A stretch of 64,000 nucleotides of DNA. Origin: Raillietiella orientalis. Lineage: Eukaryota. Below are positions 42,416-54,849 of this stretch, in pieces; within the stretch, counting starts at the first letter, position 1; the number at the start of each line of letters is the position of its first letter. The notes under the pieces were generated by a model. The model did not search any database. It saw only the letters and a program-made list of their open reading frames with translations, and had not been told where the DNA came from. The stretch covers positions 310,001 through 374,000 of the forward strand of contig JAYWIR010000043.1 in NCBI GenBank assembly GCA_036172245.1. Reading direction: 5' to 3'. The translations under genes were made by a program, and so were the position numbers.

Positions 42416-45400
42416 TACGCATCCCCCAAGGGGCTTGAAAAGGGTGCGAGTTCCGATATTACCCTCCGATCCGCACGCCCTGTGTCCCTCCTGAGTCAGT
42501 AAACGGCTCGAGACGGCATTAGGCGAACACCTTTCTGCGCAGTCGGTAGAGCTCGCAGCGTGAGACCAGGAAATCTTCCCGCCTGCCTGAATGTACCTCC
42601 CTGAATCTGGCTCAGGAGCCGTGGGAGCCCTCTCTTGAGGAGTGGGGCCTGTTCCGACTCCTGGATTTTCCATTTTGCGGCTCCCGGATCTAACGACCAT
42701 GGCAGCCGGTGGAGACGTACCCTCTCCGGGAGATGGTTCCAACCGCGCCCGCACTCCGAGGGGCATCTCGATGACGCAGCTCTCTTCTTGCCTCCCACCG
42801 GATCTTTCGGTCCCGCGCTTGCCATGAGGTGAGCTCATTTTGGCATTCATGGAAGATGGATGGCGCGGCGATAGGACGGCGACCGGAAAACCTCCTGCTC
42901 GCTGCCCCCTTCCCTGAAGGACAAACCGGAAATCCTCCCGTCTTGTCCTGCGTCGCTGCCCACGCGTCTTTAAGAAAACAGAGCATCGCATGCACACTTT
43001 GTACACAAGTACCTATACGCAGGGAGCATGTAATGTGATATTCTGCCTGTAGCATCGGTGTATTTACGACTAAGAAACCGGCCATTCGTTTTTCCACTGA
43101 AAGGATGCCAACTCTTGTTCTTCCGCGTCCGGTAACCGGTCGTCAAAGACGCACGAGGGACTGGCAAAAAGCATGTTCCTCCTTTTTTCCCCCCTTCCCT
43201 AAAACTCCTTCCTCCCCTGTGCACAGGCACACTATTCTGGCTCGCTTTTTCATGGTAGGGGCAGAAATCCCCATTTTGGCAGTGGATGGGCCATACATTG
43301 GGTTGCTGAGGTGTCGACTCTCGGAATTTTCCCGGCCACTCTTCCTGAGAAACCCGAACTGCCGGGAGACAACTGAGTCCTTGCCTCGACGGGAACTCTC
43401 ACTCCAATCCCCGTGCTGTCCGGGAATTCATTTTCTTGACTGCGATCGCATATTTCTAGGAGTCCAATCGATCTCCGAACATCAACCCGTGCTGTGGTGG
43501 TTTTTCTTCGACGATTTTTTTCACACGTCTTCGTCTGTCTCAGGTTCACAGACCGCGTCAACCAACCAGAAATGGCAATCTAGATCCTCTGCCAACGACC
43601 ACGAAGAGAAATCTTCTAGGTGGTCCATGAGCAACGCTACACCTTTCCAACATCACTGTGGGCATCACATCATCACATCGTCAAGGGGCTGCTCCTGGTC
43701 GGGAGGGATTTCACAGGAAAAGCAGGCGCTAGAAGAAACTCTGCGAATGAGAACGGTCGATGGTGTCGCTGTGAATCTCAGGAGAAAACCGATAGATGTC
43801 GTCCCATGCCAAGGCACGAGGGCTGTGTAGACAGATGGGAACGTTGGGACTGACGATCCTGTTTGACCTCACGTACGTGAAGGTCAAAAGTGGTTGGGCA
43901 CAGGTGCACCAGGATTTCGACAAACAGAACTCTTAGGGAATGTTTGATTCACCCTGAAAACTAGAGCAGCTTCAGAGTGCAAAAGGAAAGAAAACTTGTC
44001 AGAGAGTATAGAAAGGGTATGCTGTCCATGGATACGTTGCATGGTTCTCTATCTGAAAGAGAAGGAAAGGTCCTATTCCAGTTTCATCTGTAGATAGTGA
44101 GAAAAAATGCCGGCGGCTGTTCTGGGGCTTCTGGGTCTTTCGTTCCGTAGTGTTTCTGAGTGGAAGTCTAGCGTAAAGGTTTTTAGGGGAGGAAATGAGA
44201 GGAATGAGATGCTCTATGAAACAAAAGTTTGCAGAGAGTTGGACAAGCAGAGGATTGAGGGTCCTGCTCTCCTGTACTTGAGGAACAGTTTCCTCCTCAA
44301 TGATGTAAGCTGCATGGGTTTGAGGTCATGCGCCGCCGATGTAGATTGCAACAACGCGATTCTGCGTTCTGGTTCTGAGATGCCTCCTCCCGGAGTGGCA
44401 CCGATACAGAGGAATGTCTCACTGTTCTAACTTTGCAAAAATGAGCAAGATGCGAGCATAAAAACAGGTTTTTTGCTCACGAAGCGGTGGATGTTGCAAT
44501 GCAGCTTGCTTCCTTCATTGAAGTTGGTTGGGATTTGCCGTACGGCATATGCATCCATTGTAATTTGAGCACGAGAGTATACGCTATGATGTAATCTTCT
44601 TGATTCATTGTTACTGATTGCAGCAGACAGTTTTCCCGGAAGTGCAACCGTTGGTCACTGAAACCAGTGGTGTGCCTGCTCCGAACTTCTGGATCCAGGG
44701 AAGCAGAACATGTTTCATCCTGTGTATTCAAAACGGACTGCAGTTCACGGAAGAGTGGATAATGATGCTGATAGAGTGATACAGTGGATGAAGAGTCCAG
44801 GCTACACTGGAACCACTCTCGTTGATCACGTCTTCATCAGTTCGCGCAGTGATCTCTGCTGCTCCAAGTGCTGCAGCATCAGCAAGTCGGCAACCATCTG
44901 TTACTTAGCCTCAATGAGTCTTCTCGAAGGAAGCACCAGATTCAATACCATTTCTCGTTTAGTAAACACGGATTTCCAAATAGACGAAGAGTTGCACGCC
45001 TTTCAGCAAAAACGGGCTGCATGTTTGCTGCGGAAGAACGGAAGCCTCAAGGCGCCTGGGGTCTTCCACCAAACGACTCCGTTCGAGGAGAGCATGTGGT
45101 TCGATGATTGTGGACGCTGTCAAATCGGGGAGGAGAATACTGGGAAGAGCAGTCGCATGAGGCAGGAGGGAAGAGCCGTTTGACAGAGAGTGTTCATCAA
45201 TCGCTGGCAAATCAGGCATAGCTTCACGCGTGCATACGCTTGAGATGCTCTCAGAAGTTGAATTTTTTGGACAGATTCTTTTATTTATTCAAGATAATTT
45301 CCCATAGGAGTTTTCTAAGCCCTACCGAATCTCTTCCACGAGACTTCTTCTCTTTCAATGGTCTTCAATATCATGTCGTCATACGCGTCTTCTCCGAAGT

Positions 45401-48400
45401 AATCAATCAGCGAGTTTTCTGTAGAGAGGCCTTTGAAAAGGGATCCGGTAGAAGCATCTGATGAACAAGGTTCAATTCCGGCTCCCTGCTCACCTTGAAT
45501 CCACGATGATTCCCTACCACGCCACTGGGCAGATCCGGCAGAGCTCTTCTACTTGCAAATGGTGTTCCACAGTCACGTCTCTCGCGTGAGAATTTCAGCC
45601 AGGCTAGTGATGATGCGGCGGCAGCAAGATCTGGCAGATCTTCTCAGACGTGGGATATTTACTCTCCAAATCTTCGCAATTCTTGACGCAGTTAGTCTAT
45701 GGCAGTTCCCAATCCAACACTTCACACTATGGCGCTGATCGTTGGCTGCGGAACAATCTACAGTAAGCCGGCTGTCCTCAAAAGGACATGCCAGTGGAGA
45801 CGATAGCAGATACAAGATTAGGCAGTTTCCTTGAGGATCCAAGAAAGCCAGAGATCGTGGAAAAGTGTCTGTGGCAAGGTGCAAATATTTCACAAGCAGC
45901 CTCAACTCACGCTAAGAGCAAACAGCACATGTCAAATGTTCCAACAGCACGCTACATGCACAGCGCTGAAAAAGCGCTGCCTGCCACCTCCTTTCGCTAA
46001 CCAGCCGGTCAGTCCGCGGAATCCCTAGGGATTCGTCGGACTTAACGGATGAACAGCCAGGCTTGCTTGGCTATTCATCCTTGGTACCATCTCCAGAAGC
46101 CGGCCATACAGCCGACCCATTCCACGCAGTGTAGCAGTTGCAATTTCCTGGAGGAGCTTCCTCCATTCTGTGCGCATTTAAACCACAGTGGAGGAGCAGA
46201 TACAGGAGAGGCGAACCCATTGCCTGCCTCCTCTTCCATTCTCATCTGCTGCTCAATCTCTCTTGAGTGTCGCATTAGTATTGTGATTATGGCTGCCCTC
46301 TTCCGATGGGGTGGTCTGCTTCAGGAATTTCGAGGATGACTTCTTCGTTTGTCCTCTGGATGGTTCTGTGCATTCCATCGGAAGGGTAGCGGAGAGTCGG
46401 TCTGGAGATCACTTTTCCGTTGCTTCTGAGACTTTGGGAATCCAACGCGCCCCGCTGGAACGAGCTCGTCGACCTCCCAACCGCCTAGACAGCGGCCGAG
46501 AGGCACGTCAACTGACGATCACGTTTTTTTGGTGACGAGGAGAGAGACTGCGCGGAAGGCACCAAGAGGCGGGGCCTGCCGATTGTGGAAGAGGGGTGGG
46601 TGGCTGTAAAGGATGGGATTCCGTCTGCCCGTACAGAAATGTACCGATCGGGCAGCTTTTCGCAACAGAGGAGCACTTGTCGATTCCGGCCCACGTCAGT
46701 CGTTGCTTCTCTCAGCCTCCAGACACACGATGGGTCGAAGTGCCAGTCATCTTCGAGACCCTCCTCCATCGAAAGAGCCGTGCGCGCGTGCCTCCTTCCC
46801 AATGTACTTTCGGTCCGTGGCACGCCCTGCTCGCGCGCGTTCCAGCTGCGGCATCTATGCCTCCCTTTGAAAGTATCCTGACCTACTCCTCACTTGGATG
46901 TTCTCCGTCTTGACCTTCCCATAATCGGGGAAAGGGATTGCGTCGTGCTGCTGCCGTGTAATCGAATGTTTCTCGGCAAACAGCCAATAAATTACCTCCT
47001 AAAGAGAAGAGAGAGGATGAACCGACCTATTTGTGCCCGTTCCCGGCTCGATTTGATCGCCATTTCACGTCCTACGCTGTTGTTGCTGTTCTTCTATTGC
47101 TCGCTAATGGTGGTGGCGTGGGAGCGCTAGCAAGAGCTTGTCAATCAGTGGAGGAAGACGTTCGCGTCTCGCATGGAAAAGTGTGCAGTTTGCATGTTTC
47201 TGGAAATCAGATGGAGGGAGACATGGAAAGTGCACGGGAGAGGAATTTCAGTGCTCACCTTTTTGATAAGGGAACTTCGAGTTTCGAACTTTGAACTCCG
47301 CCTTTCTCTTAAGCCCTTTAGCGGAGATGAGAGATGATGAAAGGGATGCGGAAAAGAGACACTAGTAGACCTCCGTGATAAATTCGGGTTTCCAAGGCAA
47401 TGAAGAGGAGTCCCAATTCAGTTGGAAGGATGAGTTTCGCGTAATGGCCGAGACCTTCGAGTATCAGGTTCTCGCCCAGCCACTTGGCAAATCTCAGGAG
47501 ACGAAGATGCGACACTCTGGTGCTAGGTCAATCCTCCAGGAGATCACAGCACCCTGATTTCTTTACCTTGCTTATCTGGAGAGACGAAGAACACGGTTAA
47601 GGATCGAGAGCTCTCAGCGCTAGGTTCCGCGGATGCAGGCACAGTGGCAGTCAAAGCCCCATGAGATGTCTTCGGCAACGTCTTGATCACTCAGGATCCG
47701 GCCGAATAGCATCGCTGTGGATGACGAGAGCCGGGGGATCAGCAAATATTAGTAGTTGGTGCCTTTTTTGAAAAGCCGCTGCCCCAAAGAGGCGGATGGA
47801 ATCGGTCGCAGAGAACCAGTATGGGCTCGGAAGCGCATCCTCTTCCAACCCGACGACGGCCACTTCCCAGCAGCAAGTGCCTCCTGCCTTTCCCTCCTGC
47901 CTTCTCGAAGACCGAGGTCCTCAAAGAGTGTGCGTTTGCCGTCCTGCCCTTTAGCGAAGCGGACGGGCAGCAGCGATGCTTACCATTCGGAAGCGCAAGT
48001 CGAGATGGAGCCAGGAAGGGGAGTACGAACACTCCCGAAAGCCGGCCTCCGTAGAGGGAGGAAAGGAGAAGCAGGGAAAATGCCCCATCCCTTCCAGGAG
48101 AGAACCAGCACACTCTTGCTGAGGCAAGAAGGGCAAGACGGTGCGCACCCCGCGGATCTCCCTCTGTCCTGGAGGAGCATCCTCATTGGAAAACCCGGAT
48201 CTATCGCGAGTCGAAGGAGAGAGAGGGGCTTCCGAGTGTCTCAGGTCCTTGGGAAGAGGAGGACAAGAGGAGACTGCCAGTGCCAGAGGAGAGCTTGCAG
48301 TTGTACTTCCCGGTCCTAGCGGGGGCGGGTTAAGGGTTCGGGGTGGAGGCACTCTCGGGACGAAAAAGGAAGAGGAGCCTTTGCGTGGCTGCGCTTCTGC

Positions 48401-50800
48401 CCATGAGCTGACCTATTCCTCTTCTCCGCTCAGACGCGAAGGGATTCAATTTTGGTGACCCACTCCCTCTCTTCCAATGCGCGCTGCTCCAGCTCCTGGA
48501 AGGCCGTTGCTGTGGGTTCGCTTTGCGAGAAGAGGGACCTTCCGCACTCCCTCTCCCACTCCGCCCACCCTTCTCTTCTGCAGGTCCTGAAATGTTAGCC
48601 AGCTTTCTCTGGCGACCGACAGAACCGGAGCAAGCTTACATCCATCCTGCTCAGGAGCCACCCGGAAGTGGGCGGGCTTGGGCATGTCAACGCGCGCAAT
48701 CCCCTGGCGGGTTTCTCTGAAGGCTACAACGGGAACGGAAAGGACGGGCCAAGACTCCATATTCTGGTCTCTCCTGCCCCGCCGATAGCCCGCGCGTGCT
48801 TCCCCCTTCCCTCTCTGCTTAAGAAGAGCCGGGAGGCTCTGATCTTGCCCGGGAAGCGGCGCCCGGCCTCTTCTGTCCCGCGTTTCGTTTCCGGCGCCGT
48901 CCTCGCACTTGGTACCCGCACGTGACCCGCAGCCTCCGATCAATAAAAATTCTCCCGGTACACCCAAGCATGCCGTAGCGGTACGTGAAGGCACACGCCG
49001 CCGGAACACGTTTCGCACGCTGCACGCGCGGCAGCTGGGAGGAGACCGGCCATCTTCTCCTACCGGAGATCGAATGGCCTCATCCGTGCTTGGCAACGGA
49101 TCTCCGGGACGCGGGTGGCACCAACTCTCCACAGTGGTGGAATTCACAAACGGGAAGAGCGAGACACCTACGCCGGCTCGGAGCTCCCGCCGACCAGACG
49201 ATGCGCGCAGGAAACTTCATCGACGGAACTGAAATGGATTCAGGGAATGGCCGTGCTATGGGAGCCCGGTGTCATTAATGGGGTTAAGGAGGATTCACCT
49301 CGGACGCGTCCATCCTACGCGTGAAGATTCCGATTCTTCCACAATCCGCAGTTTATCAAAAGTGGCGCGACGCGGAGGTGGGGAGAGGTCAGGGGATGCA
49401 AAAGAGCGGGATGCATCTCCTTCTGGACTTTCTACCTTCTCCTCGCCTGTTGAAGTCGCACATTGTGGAGGCGCGGAGCTGCTCAATCCCAGTCGAAACC
49501 AAGCTGACTAGCTCGAGAAAGCCGTGACCAAGACGGGATTCACCTCCCAGCATCAAATCTCCTACAAGAGGTTTTTTGCGCCCAGCTTCCCACCGAAGCT
49601 GATTGACGAAAATCCTTTCGCGCTGAAATGAAGTGAAATGCGGATGCTTTCCGCACCGAGGTCCTCGGATGCGAGAGGTGATGATGATAATCAACCTGCA
49701 ATCGAAACGTGTCCTCCTGTGATGACAGACGTTCAGAGATGACTTCAAATTCATTCTTTTGATGTTCTCCGCAAAGCACGTGGGCACTTATCCAAAATCC
49801 ACGTTAAATGTAAACAAAAGGAGTATCCCTGTGAGAATTCAGGAGGGGGAGAAGCGAAATGTTATAGACTGAAGAATAGCACATCTATTAACTTCTGAAA
49901 GGAAGCTGTGGAAGCAGCCGTTCCAGCAAATCTCTTTCGTTTTTTGATGGCTTATAAGAACACACCTTTTTAATTTTTTCGGATGAACGATGATAGCTTC
50001 CTCCCGGGTGGGAGCAGCGCTATGCTGCTCCATTTGGGTAATGAGTTCAAATATCTATTTGATATTTTTGCAGCTGTACGAAAAACGAGAGGAGAGAAAA
50101 AAAGGAAAGAAAGAAGGAAATCGGGAGAAAGCGGTCAGCTGCGTTCGGATCGCTTCATCCCGCATCGAAGGCATTCGGAATGAATGGGAAGAAGGGGAAG
50201 CTTCTGCATCGGGGAGCACTCCGATCCCCTGTCGGTGCTGCTTCTGGAGCGCCTTTCGCATGTTTCGTTCCCTTTCATGGCTCCTCGTGTTCGAGGAACC
50301 TCTGTGAAGACACCGGAATACGGGCGGGCATCCAATGAGGTGCCGCGGCATCGGTGACTCGTCTCACCCGTCTCACTCGGATCCTTGCAGTTGACGTTGA
50401 TGGTGCGACCGTCGTGCGCGCGCCAGGAGACGGTCCTCTTAGGGCGCCATCGTCTCGCGAGCGGTGCGCGCGCGCACGCAGCAGCTGAAGAGGAAAAGAA
50501 GAGCTCTGCTGGGGCGGAAGCCAACGCGCACCGAAACAAAGCTTAGCAGGCAGCGGCTGACGATGAGAACGCAGTGCTCTTCGAATTCTCCTTCCTTCCG
50601 GAATGAGAACGCGGGGCTTAGCGGAAAAAACGTCGGTATTTGTCGAAAGGTTCGCGCGACCGTTCCGCCTAAACGCAACTGGCAAGGGCCGTCTTTCGCC
50701 AGCTTGGGGCTTTCGGTATCAATGCGTGGTTACTTATTTATGGCAAGAAGGAATAGAGAAATCACTTTTAACCCATGGTTGCGTTGTGCTCTATTTTCAG

Positions 50801-50875
50801 GAGATGGATTGTATAATAAATCAGATGATGGGAGTCGCGGAATATCTGGGATGGGACGTCACAGAACTGAAACCA
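50801..50875 (+). CDS. Dgk: DGK coding exon 8 (EMDCIINQMMGVAEYLGWDVTELKP)
   Basis: Conserved QMM-x-VAEYL-x-WDV-x-EL motif; ttttcAG acceptor, |GTAAG donor. Confidence 0.95.
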
Positions 50876-51572
50876 GTAAGTTCACATAATCGAATTTCGT
50901 GTCCCATTTTCGAGCGCCTGTGTCGGAAACACTCACGCGTTTCCACTTCGACGTGTGGTAGTGGATTTACGGCTCGACGAACCTCGTGTTTGTTGCCGAA
51001 ACACTTCAAGAGAAGCACCCAGGGATCGCAGCCTGGATGCTGCAGTTGACAAGATCATCAGCAAGACTAGGGGGATGCTGACTACAAGAATGCGGACACC
51101 TGTCCGTAAAGTGTAATCCCCAGAACTGGAGAGCAAGTGCAGATTTTCTTGGTTCTGCACTCAGTTCTCCCATGATGAGATTTCCATCCTCCTTGCACCC
51201 TGAATAAAATTCTCGGTTCTCTGTCCTTTAAAGCGGAGGGATCCAGCGATAAACGAGCGACAAGGAGGAAATAAAATCTTGACGACATGAGCCTCAGGAA
51301 AGGGCGGCGGATTCGGCACTGTGCGCCTGCAAATGGAAGCTGCGAAACCCCGAAAGAGAAATGAAAATATCGGTCGAAAAACGGCCGTGAACGGAAGGAG
51401 TGATCCTTTTCCCTCTGGGGATAGGAGAGCGGAATCCTCAGATATTCATATATTCATTTTCATGAGGAGATGGAGGAAGAAGAAAAAAAAGGATGAGAAC
51501 AAAGCAGTTTCCTAGACGATGCCGAAAACTGAAACGACAAGAGCCAATGGAGAGAATGCCCTGTCTTTTGTT

Positions 51573-51596
51573 TGCTGCTGCTGCTGCTGCTGCTGC
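51573..51596. repeat. (TGC)8 microsatellite
   Basis: Direct reading; intron 8. Confidence 0.9.
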
Positions 51597-51758
51597 CCTT
51601 GCAGACGTGGCGCTCCTCGATCATCACTCCATCGCGTCTAATTGAAGAGTGTAGCACTTCATGAAGTGCTCTCGAAGTTTCGGGAGGAAAACCGACCGAA
51701 GAAGACACAAGGACCACGCGATACAAAATGCCTTGTCTTCCTCTTTCTTTTCTTTCAG

Positions 51759-51878
51759 ATTCTTCAGGAGATGATGACAGAGATCGACTACAATAACGAC
51801 GGCACGGTTTCCCTGGAAGAATGGAAAAAGGGAGGTCTGACGACGATACCACTGCTCGTGCTCCTCGGCTTGGACACA
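51759..51878 (+). CDS. Dgk: DGK coding exon 9, EF-hand 2 ([40 protein letters not shown])
   Basis: EF loop followed by [10 protein letters not shown]; tttcAG acceptor, |GTAGGT donor. Confidence 0.95.
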
Positions 51879-52411
51879 GTAGGTGGATGCGCCGGACACG
51901 TACCGTACGGCAAAGAACGAGCGCGGCAGCAGCGGGTCTTGCGTAGCCCCCCAGCGCGCACCCACCAAGTCCGTGACGCGAAAAGGATGCGACGCATGTC
52001 GTCAGTCTGACCGTTGCGATGACGGGCGAGCAAAGTCAGGTCGGGTGAGTCCGCGGAAAGGAAGTGTCTGGATAGCACGGAATCCCCAGAGGATGCATGC
52101 TGCGGGCAAGTGATTGCAAAGACTTCTTTTCCTCCTCTCTCTTCTGTCTTCTCGTCCTGTTGTTCCCCTTCTTCCTCTTTGTTCAGTTCTTCTTTTTCAT
52201 CCATCTCCGCTCTGTTCTTCCGATTCTCGCTTTTTCTCTTCTTCTTGAGCCTTTCTTTCTTACGCCTTCCCTGCTTTTTCCTCGAGATTCCTTCCATGCT
52301 CCAAGGATAGGCGTAGCTGTTCGATCGCGGCATCCATAGCGGTCCAAGCGCAGGGACATCCGTCCATGATCTCCGCTCGCCGTTCCTTGGAACCTGTGTC
52401 ATTCTCTGCAG

Positions 52412-52529
52412 GATGTCAAAGAGGATGGGAACCACTTCTGGCATCTGAAGACCTTCAGCAAGAGAACCTACTGCAACCTGTGCCTCAACATGCTGGTCGG
52501 ACTGGGGAAGAAAGGACTCTCCTGCGTCT
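52412..52529 (+). CDS. Dgk: DGK coding exon 10, first part of C1a ([40 protein letters not shown])
   Basis: C1 zinc ligands H..C-x2-C..C; ctgcAG acceptor, T|GTAAGC donor. Confidence 0.95.
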
Positions 52530-52599
52530 GTAAGCGACGGCGCTCCGGTGGAGGCGGCCCAGTCCCCTCGTTTTCCGCACCCTTCTCTTTGATCTCTAG

Positions 52600-52805
52600 T
52601 CTGCAGGTACACCGTTCATGAGAGGTGCGTCCAGAGGGCTCCTCCTTCGTGCATCTCCACGTATGTCAAGTCGAAGAGGACTGCACAGTCCATGCCTCAC
52701 CACTGGGTCGAAGGGAACTGCACAGGGAAGTGCTACAAATGTCGGAAGAAGATACACGGGAAGAACGGGATCTCCGACCTACAGTGCAGGTGGTGCCAGA
52801 TGGTG
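52600..52805 (+). CDS. Dgk: DGK coding exon 11, end of C1a and most of C1b ([18 protein letters not shown]...HHWVEGNC...CRWCQMV)
   Basis: VHERC, HHWVEGN and CRWC motifs; ctctAG acceptor, |GTAAG donor. Confidence 0.95.
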
Positions 52806-54376
52806 GTAAGCATCTTTATGTCTTCTCCTCTCGTCATGTCCGCGAGGGTTTGGAAATTTCTCTGAAGATAGCAGTTGGGCAACCAGTTCTTTGCCTCCCA
52901 CAGTTGGAGGACGGGCAGGGGGAGGGGTAAGCAAAGAATGGAACAAGGAAATGAATCTTCCTGTGATCTTGGGGCAGAAGGAAGAGCTTCTCGAGCTTCC
53001 GCGGATCCATGATTGGCATCAGTGGCCGAAGATGTAAGTTTCCATTAATGGAAAAACTGGCTTTGTGGAAGATAGAGAAGAAGCGGAATTGAGGCTTCTG
53101 CGAAAACACTTCGCGTACTCTTTTCCTTCGCAAAGAAAATGCAGACGGAGAAGGACGGAAAAATCTTTGTATGTCGGTGGTAGCAGTATTGAGGGATGAA
53201 GGGGGAAGGAGGGCGTTGCACAGGCAAGTGACGAATGTCCCGTTCTTCGACGAAGTTCCGGATGAAATTCGCGCCCCCGATTGCGAATTGGGTTCCCTTC
53301 CTCCCCTAATGGGAATTTCGTTCTTTGATTCCAAACATCTCAGAGGAGAGGAGGACCGGGAAGTTGCGGAAAAAAAAAACTTCTCTGCGTGGTTGCGCTC
53401 CCGCGGCGGCAATCCCTCTATGGGAGAGAGTTGCCCTTGAGACTCGCTTTTAGGCGGGCGGCCGCTTCTTTCGTGACCCGAGGAGAAACCTGGTGGCAGA
53501 GAGGCTGACTTCATCGCCCGATGAGCAACAGTCATTCAGCTCATTCTAGAAGGCAACGATCGGCTCAGGACGCAGGGGTGAATTCGGTTCGAATTTTTGC
53601 CTCCGACCGTGTCTGCCTGCTCTTCTCGGCTGGCTCGCGTTTCCTAGGTTTCCCGCTCTCCTTCCTGAGGATGGATGCGAGTAGCTGCTTTCTGAGAGCT
53701 TTCTGCCGGGGACTAGGAGCCGCTGGCAGCCCGGAAACCGTGCTGTCGAGCTTGCGATTGGATGATCTCGTGTCATCTCGGCCATGCATGCCGCATCTAC
53801 CTTTACCAATTTCTCACACGGCATGGCCTTTCAACGTTTTTCCTGGAAAAAAATTCCTTCCGGCGCGCCCTTGATGTGAAGAGACCTTCTCCCGGATCCG
53901 CAACGATCTCCTTCCGCCTATGGGAGATCCATCGTAGTGCGGAAGGATTCGCCAGCTGTGCTTTAAAACATCCGTCTCTTCTTCTCTGAGACACCTATCC
54001 ATGAGATCGATGCGCCCTATTTGTCGCAGTTTGCGCCGATTCCTCGCTGCTGCCGTCCGACCCATCACCCCGCTGTTTGTTTTGGTCGCATCATTCTCAT
54101 CCTACGCGTTCTTGGCTTGGGCCTTCCTGTTTACGCGGGCCCAATTTCGCTCTGACTCGAAAAATTTTCTCTGCAGTCAACATTAGACGCATTTCTCAAA
54201 GAAATAGGGCTCCCGAGCACCTCCGAACTGTAGCTGTTGGACGCGATCCCTACGATAGCATCCATCCCGCTATGTGCAATCATGAGCCTTCTCGCGGAAC
54301 CAAAGGGCACTTGAAGTCTGGAGTCATCCCGAGCTCAGGTCTCTGGCCCACCTCTGACTCTGTGGTTTCTTCCCAG

Positions 54377-54544
54377 CTCCACAACAGCTGTGCGGCGCAT
54401 GTGACCCCCGAATGCAATCTGGGGGAGCTTCGTGTCCATATCCTACCTCCTACGGCCATCTGTCCGATTGTACTGGACAGGCAGAGGTCACTATCGAAGG
54501 AAAAAAGGGAGTCTCCCCATGAGATGAGCAAATTCTACGGAGAG
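54377..54544 (+). CDS. Dgk: DGK coding exon 12 ([38 protein letters not shown]...FYGE)
   Basis: End of C1b plus the LPPTAICP motif; tcccAG acceptor. The donor GAG|GTAGAG is inferred from phase, so the 3' boundary is less certain. Confidence 0.85.
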
Positions 54545-54593
54545 GTAGAGGACCCAAGATGCCTCGAGTTCCCGCTCCTTTCCGTTCCTGTAG

Positions 54594-54849
54594 TCCAGTC
54601 CGATATCTTTCCAAATCACCCCCCTGAAGGGCACCATCCCCCTGCTTGTGTTCATCAACCCCAAGTCGGGAGGCCGCCAGGGCATGAGGATCCTCAGGAG
54701 GTTTCAGTATCTCCTGAATCCCAGACAGGTGTACAACCTGGAGTCCACGAGTCCAATGGTAGGCCTGCAAATGTACCAAGATGTGGAGCACTTTCGAGTG
54801 CTGTGCTGCGGTGGAGACGGCACCATTGGGTGGATTCTGGACTGCTTGG
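54594..54849 (+). CDS. Dgk: DGK coding exon 13, catalytic domain ([10 protein letters not shown]...[15 protein letters not shown]...[16 protein letters not shown])
   Basis: NPKSG and GGDGT ATP-binding motifs; ctgtAG acceptor, G|GTGAGT donor. Confidence 0.93.

Noticed and set aside
45468..45490. B-box-like ggttcaattcc
   Set aside because: No cloverleaf or upstream A box recognisable.
44477..47560. Retrotransposon gag-like peptides (e.g. QPTSMKEA, FSWKDEFRVMAE)
   Set aside because: Probably decayed TE sequence, but no diagnostic motif allows a family or boundary call.
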